From assembly GCA_000934665.2 (NCBI GenBank), contig KZ538168.1:1-64000 (forward strand): a stretch of DNA of 64,000 nucleotides. The letters are read 5' to 3'. The stretch comes from Catajapyx aquilonaris (lineage: Eukaryota). The position numbers were made by a program, and so were the translations under genes. This document shows positions 12,590-24,233 of this stretch, one piece after another. Under the pieces are notes generated by a model. That model was not told where the DNA came from. It made no database searches and saw only the letters and a program-made list of their open reading frames with translations. The first letter of the stretch is position 1; each line of letters opens with the position of its first letter.

Positions 12590-15500
12590 ATGGTGCCAGC
12601 ACCAACAGAGGAGAACTCACCTCCAGCCAGCAGCAGTGATGACCAACAGCAGAGTGCACAGCAGCAAATGACCAGCAGCATGACCCTGCCGCTGCGCATC
12701 CCAAACATTGCTTGCAGGACTATCGCTGGAGTGGCCAATTCCCAGAACAGAGGTGCAATTGACTGGGGTCCCCATGGGCTAATTGCCTATGGCTGCAATT
12801 ATGCTGTAGTGGTGGTGGACTCCACCAATGTGCAACCTGTGCAAGCACTTGACAGGCACAAGGCAATGGTGACCCAGGTGCTGTGGGGGAGGTGCCCACA
12901 GCCGACCTCACCAGACACCACGGCCTTCCATCCTCCACTGGCATCGGCTGATGCAACTGGTCACATCATAGTCTGGGATATCATCAAGGGGGAGCCATCA
13001 GCCGTGTTGCATGATGGAAACAAGCCAGTTATTGGTGCGTTAGTTTAAAGCTCGCTGTTTGCTTAATTGCTTCTGCTAAGTTTACTTTGTTGACACATGG
13101 TAACAACATTCTCAATTGGCAGATATGCAGTGGATATCAGACCTGGAAGAGGAGCACAACTACTTGGCTGCATTGCACCCACCTTACGCCCTTGTTGTTT
13201 GGGATGCTGACTCAGGGTCCAAAGTATGGCGCAAGACCTACACTGAAACCCTCCTTGGCATGGACATGGATCCTTTTCAGGCCCGCCGACTGGCCTTCCG
13301 CTGCCAAGAGTGCATTTTGCTGGTGGAAGATTTCACCCTAGCAAAAGTACCCTCCAGCAATGGGAGGAAGTTTCACGTGTTTGCCCCACAGAGATCAAAC
13401 ACACCTTCTAGAGATGAAACAGGAGACAAGGGAGAGAAAGCAGCAAAGAGAAGTAGGCATGGGTTGGGACGGCTGGTGAGGGAGTTGGTGGCGGGCGAGG
13501 GAGGAAGCAGGCCACGGGCAGACTCGATGGGGGCCATGGCAGGGGCAGAGGGAGGAGGAGCTGGTGGAGGAGCAGGACTGGCTCACAGGGAGTGTCTGCA
13601 ACTATCTTTTCATCGACTCCTTCCACATCATTTGCTGCTGCTCTTCCCCACTGAGCTGCTTATCTTGGACCTACATATCTTCCAGACTGTGGGAATTGTA
13701 CCATTGGAAAAAGTGTCTGCTCCCCTCTGCCAGGTGAGATTTATGGTCAAGTGAAGCATAATGTGGCATAGGCTGAGTTAATTAAGTTCTGATATGCAAA
13801 AAAACCAACCATATTGATTGTATTTGTGCCTGCAGAGAAGTTTTTTGTGCTGTACACATTAGTTCACATCCAGGTTGCAGTTGGGTCAATGAAAGTAGCC
13901 TTAGACTGAAGAGAGTAGGGAAAAAATAAGTTGTAAAATTTCTCCCTCTGATGTACAGTTGAATCAGGATATAACAGACTTCAAGGGACGACATAAATCA
14001 GTCTGTTATAACCAAGGTCTGTTATAGCCGAATACACAACCCATATATGGAAGTGTGACGCGACCGGCCTTTCCAGTCTGTTATAACCGAAAATCTGTTA
14101 TAGCTGAGGCTGTTAGATCTGTATTCAACTGTATTATGTAGATTACAGAAATAGTCCCTTGTTGCATAGGTAATATCCTGTAAGCAGCGAGATGTCCTCT
14201 ACTGTCTCCATGAATCAGGAAACATTGGAGTGAAGTTCCGGAGGCGTACAGGAGGTTCTGTCCCACAGACACCTCTCAGTACAGGTAACAGTCTGTCATA
14301 ATATATTGTACACTGTAAACTTTGGAATTAGGCATCAGCTGCTTGTCCTGATGTGAAAATCTCAATTAACTGTCAGTGATGTTCAAATCTCAGATGTCTT
14401 CTTCATGCCAAAAACCTCACTTACTGAAAGTTACTTTATCCTTGCAGAAAGTGGGCCTCCGTGGGACCCCCCATTACCAGAAGTGAGCTATGAGCAACGC
14501 TGCCAGAGTGATGCCCTTAGGCTGACCAAGAACACCAGAGTGCTTGGTTTGGCTTGTGACCCCATCAGTGAGAAGCGACTTGCCCTGTACCTTTCCAATG
14601 GCCGCATAGTTTTCCTTGAGCTCTTAATCAAGCCAGGACCTCCAGCATCTGGGTTTTGGGGGGACTTTGCTTGGGATGGTCCATTACCTCCTCCATTCCC
14701 TTGTGATTCTGTGGGTGATGTGTTGCCAAGTTCCACGCTAAATGCTGACCGAGACGGCATTTTTGTGCCCTCTCCCACAGTAAAGTTGATGCAGACAGGT
14801 CTCTTGCCAAGTCTGGGGGCACCACCACTGGTTGTAAAGATGTGCCTGCCGCTGACCACGCACAATTGGCAGCAGTATGTGCCAAGGTTGGCTGTTGGGA
14901 CACCCACAGGAGCCATACAGATATTGGATATGGAAACAGGACTTGTGGAAAAGGAGCTGTCTGTTCACACTTATCCTGTTAGGTATGTAACCAGAAAAGT
15001 GCTATGGCGTGTAGAATTTTAAAAATCGGTATCCAATGAAGATGGGAATTAATATTATATTTTATAAATTAGACGACTTTGCACTTGCCAGTACATCTGA
15101 ACAGTAAAGTTGTTCAATTATTTTGTATAGGAGTTGCACGCAATTTTTTACATGTCCAAAAAATGAGTTTTATATCATTTTCATATTAGGTCATTTTGTC
15201 TGCAAAAATTGCTGCTCCTTTTATTTATTTATTTGGGGCAAAATGTGAGGTGGTGATGTTTCATGTGTCTATTTTTGGCAGAGGAATTGAATGGACAGGC
15301 CTGACTTCCTTCTTGTCACATGGATACCCCAACACCAGTGGCCCAGGAGGACTGTTGAGAAATGAGTTTGTTCTTACTGACATTCTGACCGGAAGGAGCC
15401 TTCCGCTGAGGGTGGACAAGGGGGATGAATCACCCATAGAAATCGTTAGGGTGTCTCCTCTCAAGTGAGTAAGCTGCTTTTATTTTGTGGAAATCACTAG

Positions 15501-18500
15501 CAAGTAATGTTTTTCAGGTACATGGGTGTGTTGTCACTACACATTGCATTTAGAATGTGGGTTCCATATGGGGAAGAGCCCATGGCCCATTGCATGCTGC
15601 AGTTGCATGACAAGTAATTACCTAGAGAGAAGAAAAGATGGTATACAATATGCCACACATTGCAAGTTGAAATTGGTAGAAATGCACCCAATTTGCTGCC
15701 TTACCTGTATATTTTTAACAGTGCAAGTGATACTTGTGAAATTCCCAATTTTGTTGGTAATATTTATTTGCATAATGTGTAGAGTAATTTCTCAACAAAT
15801 CGGGACATTTTTATAGCATTAAATAATATATGTTAATACATCAGCAGCATTTACCTCCGATATTAATTAAAGAATATTTTGCATTGTCAATGAGTTGCTT
15901 GAAAGGATCTTGCAGCAGTTCAGTGATGCGATTTTCATTGAGAAACATTGACACTCGCTGGAGGTTCTTAACTGCTCCTGGTGCAACTTTTTCAATCTTA
16001 TTGTTGGCTAGGTAAAGAGTGACGAAGCCTGGAGACTTGTCAAAATGGAGTGATTCAGGTCCCAGTTCATGCAGCTGGTTAAAGTCCATCCAAAGAAACT
16101 GCAGATTTGTTAGGCCTGAAAAGGGGCAAATGCAGGCCACTTCCACTTCGGCACATACTCAGGCACCAGTGTATTCCATGCATGAAACCAGTAACCTTAT
16201 TTTTATGTGAACCCTCACATTTATCTGTACTACAAAATCTAAAATGTGAAGTACAGGAGGGGCTGAGGATCAAAAACCGGCAACTGACATTTTCAAAAAA
16301 AATTGATAGGCATGGCATATGGTTCTTAAGGGTGCCCTGCACATTACCTCTGAATGTGGTATCAAAACAATCTCTCCTTCCCATGGTAATCAAGGGGATC
16401 AAAACCCTCCAACTACAGAACAAATTTTCATGAAATGTGAAACAAAAGCCACCGACTGCAGTGTCTGACATGGCTACTTCAAAAACCACCAACTGCAGTG
16501 TCTGACATGTCTGCGTCAAAAACCGCCAACTACTGTGTGTGAAATGAGTGAAGAAATAATGCAATAATTGCATCCACCATTGACTTTTCGCATCAAAAAG
16601 CGCCAAGTACATTGTGTCGGAATCAAAACCCACCAACGGCAACAAACAATATTTAATTGTTGATGAACTAATGCAAATAGATTTCAAATATATTGATATA
16701 TCAATAGCCTCTGCGCATACCATACCGCTTACCAAAGTTGACCTCAGTATCTGTTATGGTAATGAAATGACATGTTTTTCTCAAATATCTCCGTTTTACT
16801 CTGCATGTAGTTGGATGGTTTTTGATTCTCAGCCCTGTATGATTGGAATAGGTTCCAGCAAACCAGGGTTGTAAAATAAATAGTCCTTTAATGGGGCTTG
16901 TAAACCTGAGTACATCTAAAGACCTGATGCAATGCACCACGAAAAGTAAAAGAATAATTGCCTATAGTGTGTTTGGACTTGGAGGTTTTGTGGTGATGTA
17001 ACGTTTCCGTTTCATTTCAATTCTTTAAAGGGAATGTGAAGCGTAAAATGAAGCCTACTGTTCTGCCTATTTCTAGTTTCATGATTAGTTTGATGTTGAT
17101 TATTATTAGTTTCATGCATGGAGTCATAAACTTGAATGATGCTTCCTAACCATGGAAGGCACCCTTTCCAATGCTCTGGATTTTGTTGCTTGCCAGGTCT
17201 ATTTTAGCAAGGGTCGGGTGTTCACCAAATGCCTTATCGGGAATGGTACTCAGAAGGTTGGACCCTAACCATATTGAGTGAAGAGCTGTGAGTAGTTTGA
17301 GACTTTCATATGGAAAGTCAGTGAGTTGGTTGCCTTCTGAAAAGTGTGAAATATTGACCTCGTCAATGAATTGAACAGCATTTTGGGTATGCATTTATCT
17401 CACCCAAGTTGAGGATGCGCATTCTCTCTGCTGAGTTGTCAAATGCATCTGGAGCAACAGAGCTGAACATGTCATTCATAAGATACAGCTCCTCAATTGT
17501 TAAGTTCCCAAACAGGTCAGAAGTGATAGTACCACCCACCATTCCTGTCGACACATCCAGTCTACGTAGATGTTGGCTTGGAAGGGGTTCAGACATGATG
17601 TGCTTCATTTGCTTCTGGTTGTTTATCTTGTCACAGTACAGGCTTGGTGCTTCGGATGTAGTAAGGGGTTCTTCACACTAATATAATATTATAAATAAGA
17701 TATATTCACGGATTTGCATAAAAAGTTACTTACTAAACATGGCCTGATAATGTCAGGAGGTGGACACAAATGTTGAGGGTCAGGGCTTGAAATTCCCACT
17801 TGTGCTAGTGCAAAGAACAATAGTGAAATCATGTTGAGTGAATTTGATCTTGCAAGGACCAATATGAATGATAAGAATTGCATGGTGCATTTATAGCCCA
17901 GGTGTTATCACCAATTGTTTGATATGTTATGTATTCAAACACTGTTAAAATCAAAATAAGAAGGCAGTTATGTCATTTCTAACAGAAGATAAAATTTATG
18001 TCATTTGATAATTGTGCAACTTTGCTTCACTTACGTAACTCTAACCTGATGAACATGTTTGTTTAGTCTCTTGTTTTGTTCACACCCATGACATCGAAAA
18101 TATATCACATTCATTTAAATGTTGGGCAGCCAAGTCGTAGGTTTTTAGGTGGTCAAAAGTAATCTTTGTTGATTAGAGGAGGAATAGTCTAAGTTTTATT
18201 TATTGATAGTGATTTGTCTAGAGCAGGAAGGTTATGAATATGAAACATGATTTAAGTAGTATAGGCTGTAACACATCAAATGTAGACAATTTACGAGATT
18301 TACGAGAATTTCTATATCCTCCTGAGACCGGATGTCCTATATATTGGACATCAGGTCTCAGGAGGATATGATTAATTTCGGATCAAAATCTGTCATGATG
18401 ACATCACAGCATTTTTGTGACACTCCAGTTGCTCCTAGCTAAGTTTGTGCAGCTTTCTTGCCTTTCCCAGCCCTTCGTGAGTAGCAAGGTATGCAGATGG

Positions 18501-21500
18501 ACAGCTGGAAAACCCAGGAAAGCTGCACATGTAGAGTTTTGTAGCATGGGCAAAACTCAAGGTGTTTCAAACGTGTAAAATGACCTTTGAATCTGCAGTA
18601 GTATGATTATTGATCGCTGAAGATATGTTTATTATTGTATATGTTCAATGCAGGCAATACTTCATAGTTGCCTTCAAAGAAGATCCATTTGAACTGTGGG
18701 ACTTGAAAAGCTTGACTCTACTGAGAACCATGCCGAAGAAATCACCTATAGTCACTGCTTTGGTAAGTTACACTGTAAAGACATTTCTTTCTAGCTTATT
18801 CTGAATGATTTCATATTGCAGGAATGGTCGCCATCTCACAGTCTTAAATCACAGAGACGAAAAACAGAAGAAGGCCCAGCTGGGAGGCGAGAATCTAGTA
18901 TGTGCCGTTCATAGTAGAGTTGTCACTGAATTATTATGACCTGACTTTCGGCTCTGTGTATAAGTTTGATCCAATAAATTCTGAGAATGATTAAAGACGG
19001 TTGACGAAAAGATGATCCCCTAAGAGGCTAAAGGAGGCCTATCACGGGGTATCCATTATTAATATATTCATGAGATATATTGCCTCACTCACATTACGCT
19101 AATTGAGGGGCTCGCAACAAGAGTGGTTCAAGTCACAAAATGTTGTTTCCGAGAAAATGGGACTTAAAGTTAATGACTTACACTGAAGTCATTTGTGATC
19201 AAATATTAATCGTTGCGGTTCAAGTCGTCCCCGAATTTTTCTGCACGACAACCAGTATTGCACATGAAAGATGGTATCGCGATGATGCCAATGGTATATG
19301 TAACTTTTTTCACTATTTTTTGTCACTTGAACTGCTCTTGTTGGGAGCCCCTCAATTGCATGTGAATGCAGAAATGGATATCAGCTTCTGAAAGTTTGAA
19401 GGTGTCTTTGTTGCAATGTAAAAGCAGACCAGGAAGACTAGATGTACTGAATTTGGTTTCTTTTATCACCTCCAAAGTTCATGTTGTCAAATTTAATTCT
19501 TCAACAGCCTCTCGAGATCCCATGTCACCAACTACAGTAGCACCTGCTGTGGCTGCCAAGGAGCACTTTGTGTTCACTGACACAGATGGACAGCTGTACC
19601 ACTTCACTGTGGAGGGGAGTGTAATTCGTGATGGGTTTAAGATCCTGTCTGACCCATCTCCTGGAAGTGTGACCTGGGTGGCTTACAAGGGGGAGCTTAT
19701 CGTCAGGGGTGACACGGATGGGAACATTCATGTATGGGATGTCAAGCTGAGGTCATCCAGATCCCTCAGCAGCGGATCTCGATCAGGATGGGTCCACAAA
19801 ATGAGGTTTGCACCAGGAAGAGGGAATCTCAAGCTACTGGTTTTGCTCTCAGAAGCTGTTGAGATTTGGGACCTCAAGGAGGTTGGTTGATTTTCGCTTG
19901 GTGACATAGAGTTGATGTGTAACACCCATGCATTTGTGTTGGACAGTTCCAGCGAGTCTCGCAAATAAAGTGCCCAAAGGACATGGTGAAGGTGGTGGAT
20001 GGGGATTGGGTTGCATCAGACAAACCCGTGTTGGCCACACAAGATGGTTGCCTACGGATACTTGACCTGAGCCTTGCCACCACATCTTCCCCCATTCATT
20101 CTTACAACCACAAAGGTAAAGCATAGCCTCATAACCAAGATCTGATGATTAATATGTGCACTCAACTGTTCCAGACCAGTTGCTGTGTCCTATGCTACTT
20201 CCACCCCTGGCTGCTTTCCATCTACGGGCAATGCTGTCTAGGGGTGACCCGTTAGAAGCAGGCCCAACTATGAGCCAAGAAGATCGAGATAGTATGTTTG
20301 TAATATTGTAACCTTGCTTTTTTCTACAGTTTGTGATGAATCTTTCAATTTAATTCAGAGGTGGACGAGCAATTGGAGCTGCTTAGCCCTGAGTTGATTG
20401 AGCTGCTGGGGAATAAGTCACTCACAACTGCCCATCGTAGCCTGCTGGTAGCTCGTCTTTATGGACATGTAGCTGATGTTGAGTTCTGGACCTTGGCTCT
20501 GCACTACTTGCAGGCAGCTAAAGATGGAACTTTCTCAGAGGTTGGTTACCAAAATGCAATCCTTTTCGACTTAATGATGCATTTAATAATAGCAGGGAGA
20601 ACTTATGGGCTCCGACGATTTGCTTCTGGAGCTGCGGCCGAGAACGAAGGGAACGGTGGTACCATTGGAGCTTTGCTATGATATCCTGTGTGATCCACGT
20701 ACTTACAAGGTAGGCATGTGCTACACAAGAATCAGAGTAATTTTTTAAAATCATGGATTTGGTCACACTGTGCAGCATGGCACATACTTTAGACAATTGA
20801 AGGGGTCGGTGCAATACTGCCCTAACCCTCCCAAACCTGATTTTGAGAAAACTGCAGTTGAAAGTTTGAGAGGCCATATACATCCCATATACCATGTGAC
20901 TTATTTCATTTGATTTCTCAGTGACCGATGGCAGAAACTGCACAATTTCAATGGATTTTATTAGATACATGAGTGTAGTACATGGAAGTGTGCTTAACTC
21001 AATTTGTGTCATTTGGTGGGTTAGGGCGGTATTGCACCGACCCCTTCAATTAAAAAGGAGTGGGAGCTGTCACTGAAGTAGCTCAATGCTCAAATTGGTT
21101 TTAGTTCCTGCCATGCTGCATTTACCTTCCATGTGACAGCACCCTTAAATGAGGAGAGCAGATGGCAAGATGTGCACCTGAAGTGGGTGTGCATATGTCC
21201 CTCAAGTTCTTTGTAATTCCCCTGTATTAGTTAATCTGAAAGACCAAGGAGGACAAAGCATCAGCCTGACATTTTCTTATAATTGTATGTAATGTATTTC
21301 TAGCGTTACCAAAAGGAGCGTGTGATGTTGCATGAAAGCAAGCGCCTGGGCTATGATCAGACACAGCGTGTGGTGAGCCAGTTGGTCTTTCTCCGTGAAC
21401 CTGAACTTGCTGTCCAGCTTTTGCTGGAAACAGAGCTTGACCATCCACAATACTATTCTGATGGCCTCCGTGCCTGCCTGGTAGCAGCAGCCAGGGCCTC

Positions 21501-22538
21501 AGGAGAAGGCGCCCAGAGCACTGTCAAGCTAGTAGCCACCAATCTGATCGCGAATGGACGACTGTCAGAAGGGGCACAACTTCTGTGCCTCATCGACAAG
21601 GGAGCTGATGCAGCCAGGTACATACAATCATCAGTTTCCAAACAAAAAATGCTTAGTTAAATATTTAATTGTAATATTCACAATGAACAATCATAGGAAT
21701 CTCGGCTGAAAATATTCCTACTATTACACTCATCAACTGAAATCAATTAATAATTCCTTTACTTATAGGTACTTGCAGTCATATGGTCAGTGGGAGGAAG
21801 CAGCTTGGCTGGCTAGAGCAGGCCTTCCTCAAAAGGAGGCAGCAGAGGTACTGAAGCGCTGGGCTGATCACCTAGCTGCCCAGGGTCGGAGGACAAGGGC
21901 AGTGTCACTTCTGGTGTCACTAGGTCTCTTTGAGAAGGCGTTGGAGATCATGGCGTCCATGACATGCAGGCTCAGAACTGCCCTGTTTCTTCATGCCTGC
22001 CTGGAGTTTGGAGTCATCAAGAGGAGTCCTGATACTGATATCCTTTTCATATTGCTGTCATGTTGCACTGCCATCCCTGGTGTTGGTTTTAAGGACAGTT
22101 GATGATAAAAACTTCTCTTTTTTCTGCTCTCCAGCTCAGCTTTTCAAATTAACACCATATAGAGTGAGAGTTAATCTCTAATGTAACTCACTGTCAGTGC
22201 TGTAACCACATGCAGATCATCCCCAGCTCCCAATGGAGGTTACCCACAAAATAAGCATAAAGCCACACCCAGCAAGACTATGCAATTGTAGAACTAGGTG
22301 GAACCAGAATGCATGTTTTAAGTTTCACCGCACGGGCAGTGCACATTATAGTCTTTATTTTCCTTAACTGCAGCCTATACAACCTCTCTTCAGGGTCATC
22401 AACTTGGATTACGCTCGCCTCTTATTTGAATCACGACTGCTTCCAGGTGCTTTATCTGTTTGTAACGAGCTGGGTGAAACTGGGTCTCAACTGCGGAAAG
22501 AATTCGAAATACTGGCTCCTGAACTTGGAAGCCACTGA
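12590..22538 (+). CDS. WDR11: WD repeat-containing protein 11, ~1256 aa
   Basis: 15 exons: 12590..13034, 13123..13733, 14170..14284, 14448..14982, 15282..15464, 18654..18762, 18822..18897, 19508..19881, 19947..20115, 20175..20291, 20359..20540, 20596..20709, 21304..21617, 21769..22037, 22381..22538 (3771 nt, in frame). Motifs NRGAIDWGPHGLIAYGC, KEHFVFTDTDGQLYHFTVEG, MRFAPGRGNLKLL, STVKLVATNLIANG. Confidence 0.92.
13956..14131. mobile_element. Tigger/pogo-like MITE
   Basis: TA|CAGTTGAAT ... ATTCAACTG|TA with repeated GTCTGTTATA motifs. Confidence 0.6.
15497..17883 (-). CDS. Secreted leucine-rich repeat protein (signal peptide, LRRNT, LRRs, LRRCT), nested in WDR11 intron 5; 314-331 aa
   Basis: Exons 17883..17734, 17677..17404, 17336..17151, 16115..15855, 15621..15497 (996 nt, in frame). 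Hydrophobic N-terminus, CPPPDIIRPCLC cap, LxxLxLxxN repeats (LRILNLEGNQL-like, LHSIWLGSNLL, LAKIDLASNKI), GNYLSCNCSMQW C-cap. Resembles arthropod LRR proteins often annotated 'oplophorus-luciferin 2-monooxygenase non-catalytic subunit-like'. Confidence 0.82.
18314..18369. repeat. Short palindrome (minimal TE remnant)
   Basis: ATATCCTCCTGAGACC-GATGTCC .. GGACATC-GGTCTCAGGAGGATAT. Confidence 0.6.
20797..21049. mobile_element. MITE with ~35-40 bp TIRs (Kolobok-like termini)
   Basis: TTGAAGGGGTCGGTGCAATACTGCCCTAACCC ... GGGTTAGGGCGGTATTGCACCGACCCCTTCAA. Confidence 0.75.
22038..22380 (+). other. U12-type (minor spliceosome) AT-AC intron of WDR11
   Basis: Donor ATATCCTTT at 22038, branch site TCCTTAAC at 22361-22368, acceptor AC at 22379-22380. 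Splicing restores the frame to the WDR11 C-terminus (..INLDYARLL..). Confidence 0.88.
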
Positions 22539-22586
22539 TGTAAACTTGTACATTCAAAAATAATATATTATGTTGTTCATTGTCCC

Positions 22587-23991
22587 TCAGGCTCTCTTTG
22601 CCCTCCAATCTAGAAACTCATCCCCATCCAGATCTTCTGCATCAGAATCTGAGTCATCCTCTGCTGCTGCTGCCTCAGCAGCTGCTCTCCTCAATTCCTC
22701 CTTCCTGCGCTCCACCTCAATCACACGTGACCAATGTCTAATCTGGTCGTCAATCTCTTCCAGCTGCCTTTCAGCACTGGCCTCTGCTCGCTCCTCCTCC
22801 ACTATCCTGGCTGATATAGAACTGGCTTCTTTGATCTCCCGTTGAAACCGTTCCCATTCCTCTTCCCCTGGATCTCGATATTCAACCTGGCGGACACGGG
22901 CATCTGCCACTGGATCATCAAAGAAGCCCTCTGGTAGGGGGTCCTGGGGATTGGATGATGAGCTTGGGGATGGATCATCCTGTTCATGGAATAAACATTA
23001 CAATGAGGGAGTGTGAACCTTGCAAATTTGATGAAAGAAGAGTCATATCCCAAGAATGCATTTGCAAATGGCGTACAGGGCAATGTGAATTGCCAATCAA
23101 TCCATTGCACCACATTTTTAAAAATTACTTGGGAAAGGATCAAAGATATTAAAACAATCCACATATCCTTATTACTAACAAAACAATCTTCTCGGCTCCA
23201 CATGGACAGCATGGCATGTGCAAAGTCAAAACTTATCAATTTGTCCGGATATAAATTCATTAGGAGTCTTATCTACCTGGTCCATGGGTTCCTCCACGTC
23301 TACGCCTTCAGCTGTCTCCACAGTGGGAGACCTCATGGCTGCCACGCTGGGTGCCTCCACTTTGTAGTCAGTGCGACCACCCTTCAGGATGCCTTTCTTC
23401 GGCTTTTGGTCAAAAAAGTTTCCAGGCAAGGCTCCAGGAGGGTTTTTGGTTGTCTTCTGCTTCTTTGCTGGTGGGGCAGAAGGCGGAGGCATGGAATTCC
23501 CCCCTGCTGCCTCATCACTTGGAGCATCTCTTTTCGTGGCTGCGTTTGAAGACTGGGCAGGTTCCTCTTTGCTCTTTTTCAGCGCCTGCAGATTATCTCG
23601 ATGAGCCTTCCCATTGATGTGTGCCGTCCAGACCAGGTCTCCTTTCACAGTGGTGTTGCACAAGACACAGATAAGCTGTCCAGAAGCAGTGTACTTGGCC
23701 AGTGGCGAGTCGATCTTCCCCTGCTTCTCTTTCCGCATTAAGTGGCGTATATCCGGCTTCTTGGGCTTGGTCAGGTCAGGAAGGGCTGTTCCCGGCCGCT
23801 TGCCAACCTGAAGAGTTTGGCCCACATTTAATTAACAAATAGCTTGGCATCCACCCGTACAGATCAACACACAAAAGTATACCTCAGTTAGTTTTGTTTA
23901 ACTTTTGTGACAGGTACAAATGGATCGGGTAAAAGCGGCAACAACCTTAGTAGCTACATATTCCAGTTACCTTGGAGGCTGCTTTGCTCAT
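22587..23991 (-). CDS. ZNF830: Zinc finger protein 830 (CCDC16), ~314 aa
   Basis: Exons 23991..23971, 23807..23277, 22979..22587 (945 nt). IDSPLAKY..LICVLC..VWTAHINGKAH, LPEGFFDDPVADARVR, EEEWERFQREI, C-terminal EFLDWRAK. Confidence 0.88.
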
Positions 23992-24233
23992 CTCGAAGCC
24001 TCATAAAACCAGTGAAACGGCGAGAAGTGTCTGGCGCCCTTCGCTAGTGATACACCCTCACCAACGTATAATATGTATCAGATGGAGGCCACCATCTTGG
24101 AGTCGACCAGGCTGCCACCTGCTGGCAACAACAACATTATTTTCATCTCCTTCAGCAGTTCAGCGTGTGCACTGTGCATGGCGGCCACAGCGTTCCCAAT
24201 GGTGTTCCAGTGAGCCGAAGGATAGGGAAGGAG
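23992..24233. promoter_or_regulatory. Probable bidirectional promoter ZNF830/MRPS18C
   Basis: Only ~240 bp between the divergent start codons. Confidence 0.55.

Noticed and set aside
16444..16548. CRISPR-like repeat spacing
   Set aside because: Contiguous degenerate tandem units without unique spacers, in eukaryotic intron DNA, with no cas genes.
16079..16735. 218-aa minus-strand ORF
   Set aside because: It lies mostly in the LRR gene's repeat-containing intron, is out of frame with the LRR exon, and has no motifs.
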